From contig OZ024740.1 in NCBI GenBank assembly GCA_964016885.1, forward strand, positions 311,178,001-311,242,000: a stretch of 64,000 nt of DNA. The letters run 5' to 3'. This document shows positions 57,011 to 64,000 of the stretch, in pieces; positions within the stretch are counted from its first letter, which is position 1, and every line of letters begins with the position of its first letter. A program made the position numbers and the translations under genes. Source of the DNA: Eledone cirrhosa (Eukaryota). Under the pieces are notes generated by a model, which made no database searches, had not been told where the DNA came from, and saw only the letters and a list, made by a program, of their open reading frames with translations.

Positions 57011-57100
<90 letters not shown>

Positions 57101-57516
57101 AGTGAATATTTATATATATATATATATATAAGAAAATGAGGGATTTTTATGAAAAAAAAACGAGATATCCTACACGAGTGAAAATATATGGGGAAAAAAG
57201 AGAAATCTAAAATGCAACTGAAATCTTTTTAAGAATATTTATTTGTTTCCTTTACCGGTTTCACAGTTCTTGTGCTTTTCAAAAGATGGAGAGTTTGAGA
57301 GTGCTTTCGAAATTTTGACATTTTAAAGTGTGGGCGCGCCCCAACACAACTAACCACAAATTATAGTTTAAAAAGTCGAGTAAAATAATTTCCACGTTTT
57401 CTAAGTCAACAGGTTATAGATTTTTTCTCTTCTATTAATTATGGTGGTTCACTGTTTTTGTGGTCATTTGTAATAGGACACTCACATTTCAAATTTCAAA
57501 GTTTCCCAATGCTTCT

Positions 57517-57566
<50 letters not shown>

Positions 57567-57947
57567 CCACATAACAACATGTCAACAGACTTCAATAAAC
57601 CGGTTATAGATTGAGCAGGGATGTTACTGGTGTTGTCACAGCAGTGTGATGAAAGACATTAACAAACGAATTAGTTAATTAACTAGTCAATTAGTTCGTG
57701 TTGATGAAAGAAGAGAGAATTACACTCAGTACTTATGTTTCATTATCAATCAAGTATTTGAATAATTAATCAATTAATTATTTTATCAAAGTCTTTGCTC
57801 ACATAACACACAATCTCCTTTTTTTTATTTTAGGTTTGCCATGACTCGAAATTGTTCTCATACATGAGACCAATTATTGATAACTGCTTTGCATCAACCG
57901 TTGAATAATATTAAATCTAGTCTCCACGATATCCTACCACCCTCATG

Positions 57948-58007
<60 letters not shown>

Positions 58008-58493
58008 CTGTGTATATTTTTTTTTTTCCCCTGTTCTTCCGCTTTTACCTCTCTTTCCTTTTCTCTCTCCTTTTTTTTCTCTCTTTCTCTCTCCTTTTCC
58101 ACCTGGCCTTTTGATTAATAAAAGGCCTCGGGCGCACCCGAACTACACCGATGTCCTGTAATTCAGCGCCGAAACATCGGTTCGGGATACATTTACAGCT
58201 GACGATGGGAAATCCTTTCTTCCTTTCTCCTCCTGTTCCGTCCTAACCACCATCCTAAACGTTGTTTTTAGTAACCACACAGCTCCTTTCGTTTCATAAC
58301 TTTTTATATATATATATATATGCTTATAGAGTGGGAAGAAATGAGAGAGAGAGATGTGAACTTACTACGTAATATGAATCCCAACCAATCCAAAAGTGAG
58401 TTATTTTCTTTCCACGGAAAGAATAATAAACAATTGAAAATTAATCAGAAGGTAGTACAACAGAGGATTTATCATATATTAGACAAGGCAGAC

Positions 58494-58576
<83 letters not shown>

Positions 58577-58687
58577 CGGACATGGTGTTTTGGTATTTAC
58601 CTCAGCAGATGGGCGGAATTGACTAATAACGAACTTTGTTGAGAGAATTGTATTTATACTGTACATCTGGAACGTATGAAGGGTTGT

Positions 58688-58757
<70 letters not shown>

Positions 58758-58773
58758 CGTGTGTGTGTGTGTG

Positions 58774-58828
<55 letters not shown>

Positions 58829-58887
58829 ATGCGTGTGTGTGTGTGTGTGTGTGCGTGTGTGTGTGTGTGCGTGTGTGCGTGTGTGCG

Positions 58888-58934
<47 letters not shown>

Positions 58935-58961
58935 GTGTGTGTGTGTGCGTGTGTGTGTGTG

Positions 58962-59013
<52 letters not shown>

Positions 59014-59145
59014 CGCGCGAGCGTGTGTGTGTGTGTGTGTGATTGTGTCTCTGTGTGTCTACCTAAATTTTATTTCTGAGCAGTTTACTGAGATATTTGA
59101 TATTAAAGCACTTTATTGGGATAGTTGATATTTACTATATTTATA

Positions 59146-59197
<52 letters not shown>

Positions 59198-59754
59198 CGT
59201 GTGTATATATATGTGTGTGTGTGTGTGTGTGTGCGTCTGTGCGTGTGCATGTTGAGTAATATTTATAACATGAAATGATAAAAATGCTATATGAAAGTTT
59301 AAGATTTAAAATTATGAGCATGAAGTTTTATTCCTATTCCTATTATAGACTTAGCGAAAATACATCATGGGATTAATTGTATTCTTAGAAATTTGCTTGT
59401 ATTCTTAGAAAGTTCTGCCAGAATAGTTTAAGACGTAGCCAGTTTCTGTATAGGATTGATCTACGATAAATCTGTTCATCGATGTAATGATGTTATGCAT
59501 AATTGCTTAAGGTGACTTGAAATTTAAGATGTTTCACGTAAAAAGGTCAAAGATGAATATTCTATTACACATATAGGATTGAATAGATATCCTAATATTA
59601 TCGTTATGTTCTTAATAAAATGCGAAGTAATACATGATACATAAAATGGCGACATTGGGAGAACGAACGTAACGTTTCTGACAAATATGATATGTGGACC
59701 TAGATGTATAACAAATTACAGCAATTTCTCTACGTTTCTATAATAAGACATTAG

Positions 59755-60152
59755 CTGTAATCCGAACACATCGCATCAAAATAACAACTCCTGCAATTCT
59801 TGCACTTAATTCAGCCTCTTGCCTTCCATCACTCGTGGATATGTCCTCGAAATACTTGAATTTCTCCACCTGCTTCAGTGGAAATCCATTCACATGTAGA
59901 GTGCACTGCACAGACTTCCTTGAGAGGGCGAGTGTCGCAGTTTTCGCAGCACTGATTTTCATTCCAGTCATGCAGCACTCAGCATCAAAGCTATCAAGTG
60001 CAAGCCAGAGATCACCTTTGTTGAGTTAAATAACACCATGTTGTCTGCAAATTCCAGCCGACTGATTTTATACTTGCCAGCCATGATACCACTTATAGCT
60101 GGGTGCGCATGTCAATCTTGTTCATGAAAATAATGAACAGGAGAGGTGAGTT
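59755..60152 (-). mobile_element. Decayed RTE-type reverse transcriptase fragment
   Basis: SPLLFIIFMNKI, LEFADNMVL, GMKISAAKT, LKQVEKFKYF..STSDGRQEAELSARI. Confidence 0.85.
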
Positions 60153-60345
60153 ATGGTTTTCTAATTTTGGCACACAACTTTGTGTTGAAGAAAAATTATA
60201 TCGACCCAGCACGTTACTGGTATTATCAACCCTAGAAGGATGAAAAGCGAAGTTGACCTTGGCGGAATTCGACCTCAGAACATAGAGTGTCGTAATTAAA
60301 TGCCGTAAAGCGTTTTGTCCGACACTCTCCGATATTGCCAATCCA
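60153..60345 (-). mobile_element. tRNA-type SINE abutting the RT fragment
   Basis: GAAGGATGAAAAGCGAAGTTGACCTTGGCGGAATTCGACCTCAG. Confidence 0.75.
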
Positions 60346-62150
60346 CCACAATTCTACCTTTAGTAATAATTATTATTAACATAGCTGTACCTCCTATACA
60401 CTCCTATACTCATATGTACCTCCTATACACTCCTATACTCATAATTTTTCCTGGTCATTTTTGCTCCAGATCGAAGCAACAATCTCATAATATACTGAAA
60501 TGAAACATTTACTTCTTTTATGAGTCAATGAGAAAATTATATTAATCTAATACAAAATATAGTAGTATAAAGCTAAATATTGACGTTAAAAATATTTCGA
60601 ATTATTTTAACATTTACATTAAGGTAAGCGGGCGTCATGAGATAAAAGAGTTAGCTATTAAAGGCTTTATTTAATAGATAAATTATAAAATAAAACGAAA
60701 TAAGACAATCACAAGTAGATTTATGTAGTGTGTACGTTTATGTGGTGTGATTCTGAGTCTTTATTTATATATGTTTGAGTGTTTAAAGAGGCGAACAGGA
60801 AGTGAGAATGTAAGAACAGTGAAAAATTGGAAATAGAGAAATTAAAGTGGAAGAGAGAAAGATGACAGAGGAAAACAGCAGAGGAATAAGAGGAAGTAAG
60901 ATAGTGTGAAAAGGTAGTAAAAGAATGGAGAGAGAAGGTATAAAAAAAAGAATGATGGTCTAAAATATATAGGGGGAAGGGGAGATAGGGTAAGAGAAAT
61001 AAAAAAGGGGAAGGGGACGTTTGTGCGCAATTTTAAAGTATCAATAATACATACAACGAAATGGTATAGAGGAAGAAGGAATAATTCGAAAGAGAAATAA
61101 TGAAAAGTCGGGGCTAAAAAAATATATAAGATAGAAAGTACGATGTTGGGGATCAAGATGAAGCAAATAAGACAAGAGAAAGGGTATTTGTAGAATGAAA
61201 TTAATAGATCGATCGATCGATAAATAGACAGATAGTTAGAAAACGAAGGGGAGAATAGTAAGTGAAGCAAGTAATAGCCAAGGGAAATGAGAGAATGAAA
61301 AGTGTGACGTATGTATTGTGTTCAAGCATTAATGCGACATAAAAGTCTTGATGATATTAACATTTTCTTTGTAAATGTTGTAAATCGAAATTTTTATAAT
61401 AGAATTAAGTGACACAAAAAGCGAGCTGCTATTCTCTGCAGTATTATTTCTGTGTCTTTAAGACTGGGTGTTTATTTAGTAGTAGACATCCGAACAATAG
61501 ATTTTATTATTAAGACTTCTGCTTCTGTTAACTTAGTAGTTTAGGCGTTCATTCTTTACTATAGTTGATAGAACCGAATTGATAAGATATCAAATTAACA
61601 GGTTGTGAGTCGTGAGGCTGACCGTTATATATTGAGTAACTCTTTCTTCTCTTGATGGTGAAAACCCTATAATAAAATTATGATTTTATCATCAATCACA
61701 AAAGAAGTGTACGTATTCGTATATCTTGACAAGGTCCGAAAGAAAAATCTATTTGACCATCACTTAACAATAGACTATATGGGGACCTCCTTTATGGTTG
61801 CTCGTCATGCTAAAATAAGCAATCAAATCTCTCTCAAATCACATCCTATTTTCTTTAAAAATAAGTACACATTGGGGCGTGTAGTTCTCTACATATGATG
61901 TACAGCAAAAAAGTAAATAAAGACCAAGTAAATAAAGACCTTCGATCATGGTTATACTCAAACAGAGAGGATCTGGGACTAAGTACAATGATGAAATTCT
62001 CGCTTGATTCGTTCGTGTATCTATCTGTGAAGATAGGTAGATAGACTAAAATGTAAGTTTAGAAATGCATGCGGAGAAGGCTTTTCAAGCCCATTCCCTT
62101 TCTCTCAATCTACCTCTCTTTCTCGCTTCCTGCTTCTCTTTCTTGATCAG

Positions 62151-62191
<41 letters not shown>

Positions 62192-62382
62192 GTACATTCA
62201 CACAAATATACACACACAGATATATAAACACAAACCGATTGTCGAAATATAGGTGCAAACCAACATACCCAAGCACGCACGCATGTATTACTAGGTGGAT
62301 AGCACCTACCCTCTGTCCCTACCTCCCACTACCCTATATGAAATCTTGTACATATAAATTGAAAACATACGTGTATCCGTGA

Positions 62383-62572
62383 TTTGGGCACAAGGTCAGC
62401 AATTTGAAGTGGGGTCGACTAAATTGAACCCAATTGCATTACTGGTGCTTTATTTATCGACCCCGTAAGGATGAAAGATAAAACTAACCCCGGCTGAATT
62501 TGAACTCATACCGTAAAGGGCCGTAGCTATGCTGCAATAGTGTCCGACGCTCTACCGATACTGCCAATCCAC
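62383..62572 (-). mobile_element. tRNA-type SINE
   Basis: TTATCGACCCCGTAAGGATGAAAG..GAATTTGAACTC..CTCTACCGATACTGCCAAT. Confidence 0.8.
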
Positions 62573-63129
62573 TGCGTATCCGTAATAATAAACAGAATCT
62601 GTATGTAATTAAATATCCACTGCTTCAACATTGTTTCAGCATAATTTTGAGCCTGTTAGCCGTGGCATTCACAAAAGTCTATCAAAAAATGATTATAGCT
62701 CCCATAAGAGTTTTTATAAATACGTATCCTTAAAACAGTTTCTTCTTGGTCTGGCACTTGTGTATGATGTATTATGTGAATTATCTCTCTTTTCTGAGTC
62801 TTCACAGACAAAGGATATTACTATAGTTTATACAGACAAGTTCATCATAACATGATTTTTAGAAGAAATGAAAGAATGCAAGCGTAAAAAAGTAAATTAG
62901 AGCCAGAATATATGATTATGAAAATGAAGTTTGCACCAGTGGCACTGACGAGACTGTTTCACTCAATCATAGTCCGTTTTTAATCAGTATTATAAATCTA
63001 GAACAATGGTTATTAACAGGGAGGAAGGTATCATAAAACTAGAGATCTGACCCAAATGCTTGCCACAGAATTGACTCCTATAAAAACACTGAGAAACGAG
63101 GTGGTGATGTTACCGGGTGACTGATTAAG

Positions 63130-63370
63130 TCAATCACTCAAGTAAGTTTAACTCTGAACGCTAAGCGCCTGAACAAATACCTCAAGGTATCTGATATGGT
63201 GCTCTAAAAGCTCTGCCATTCTATCACCCCGAACTGGTTATTTGTTTTATCGACCCTCGAAAACATGAAAGGTAAAGTTGACGTCAGCAGGATTTGAATT
63301 CAGAGTGCAGAGAACTGGAACTAACGTAGCAAGTCGTGATGCTCTAACAACTCTGTCAGTTCACCGCCTT
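63130..63370 (-). mobile_element. Old SINE copy or copies
   Basis: TTTTATCGACCCTCGAAAACATGAAAGGTAAAGTTGAC..GGATTTGAATTCAG. Confidence 0.6.
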
Positions 63371-64000
63371 TAAACACAAATCAATGAGTAACTAAACGAG
63401 ATATCCATGACCTGAGTGAAATAAAATATGCTTAAATTTACTAAAGGTGAATTTTCGGACAACGTCAGAATTTCTGCCATTTTTTTCTTTATATTGCAAT
63501 TTTCTTCCAAACGTTTGATCTCATTCCTTTCTTGTAGTTTCTATCACCAATAAATGTTAAGAATCAGCATAGAAATTAACCAAGTTATAGTTTCACTTAG
63601 AGCAGCCACACAACATATTCATACATTTCATAGAATATTCTTCTATGTAATATACACAGAGAAATGCAAAACCTCGAGGTTATTAATCTATTTCAAACGA
63701 ATCCATTCGCTTCATTAACAATCCTGTTTACTGACATGGAAATTTTTTAATGAAATGTCTCGCTATAAATTTCTTCATCTGTTTCTTCTTCATTTTCTTC
63801 TATTTTTTCTTGTTCTGCTCCTCCTTCACTACCTCTTTCTACACTCCTTCTCCCATTTCTCTTCCTCCTTCCCCAACACCTTCTCCACCTCCTTCTCCCC
63901 CTCCTTCCCCATCTTCTCCACCCCTTCTCCATTTTTTCTCCACCTCCTTCTTCACTTTCTTCTCCACCCCCTTCTCCTCTTTCTCTTCCTCCTTCCCCAC

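Larger units (their letters stand above)
56273..57012 (+). mobile_element. ~440-bp HHR repeat (candidate retrozyme), locus D, with inverted stub 56273..56320
   Basis: Unit period 444 bp (56321 vs 56765); flanked by TA repeats. Confidence 0.87.

Noticed and set aside
58125-58220. GAAACATCGGT and CTGACGA motifs near a hairpin
   Set aside because: Could not assemble a consistent three-stem hammerhead.
62940-62980. CTGACGA-GACTG..TAGTC hairpin
   Set aside because: Not followed by GAAA.

Overview
AT-rich, microsatellite-saturated animal genomic DNA. The repeat content suggests a cephalopod such as Octopus (inference only). No host gene exon is recognisable, and nearly all ORF-track entries are translated simple repeats. 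Main contents: (1) an apparently intact Tx1/L1-clade LINE (ORF1 with CCHC knuckle; ORF2 APE-RT-zinc finger) plus two 5'-truncated relatives, stacked head-to-tail in (GATA)n tracts; (2) type I hammerhead ribozymes (HHR) in non-coding, (TA)n-flanked, often fold-back elements, notably a ~440-bp unit family at four loci with one minimal HHR and one ATGCAAAT octamer per unit, i.e. a candidate retrozyme/circular-RNA family; (3) a decayed Penelope-like GIY-YIG fragment; (4) a bipartite RTE-derived non-autonomous element arrayed in (CATA)n; (5) many tRNA-type SINEs and old RTE, Vingi, mariner and Helentron-like fragments. All alignments and folds were done by eye, so boundaries of degenerate elements are approximate.
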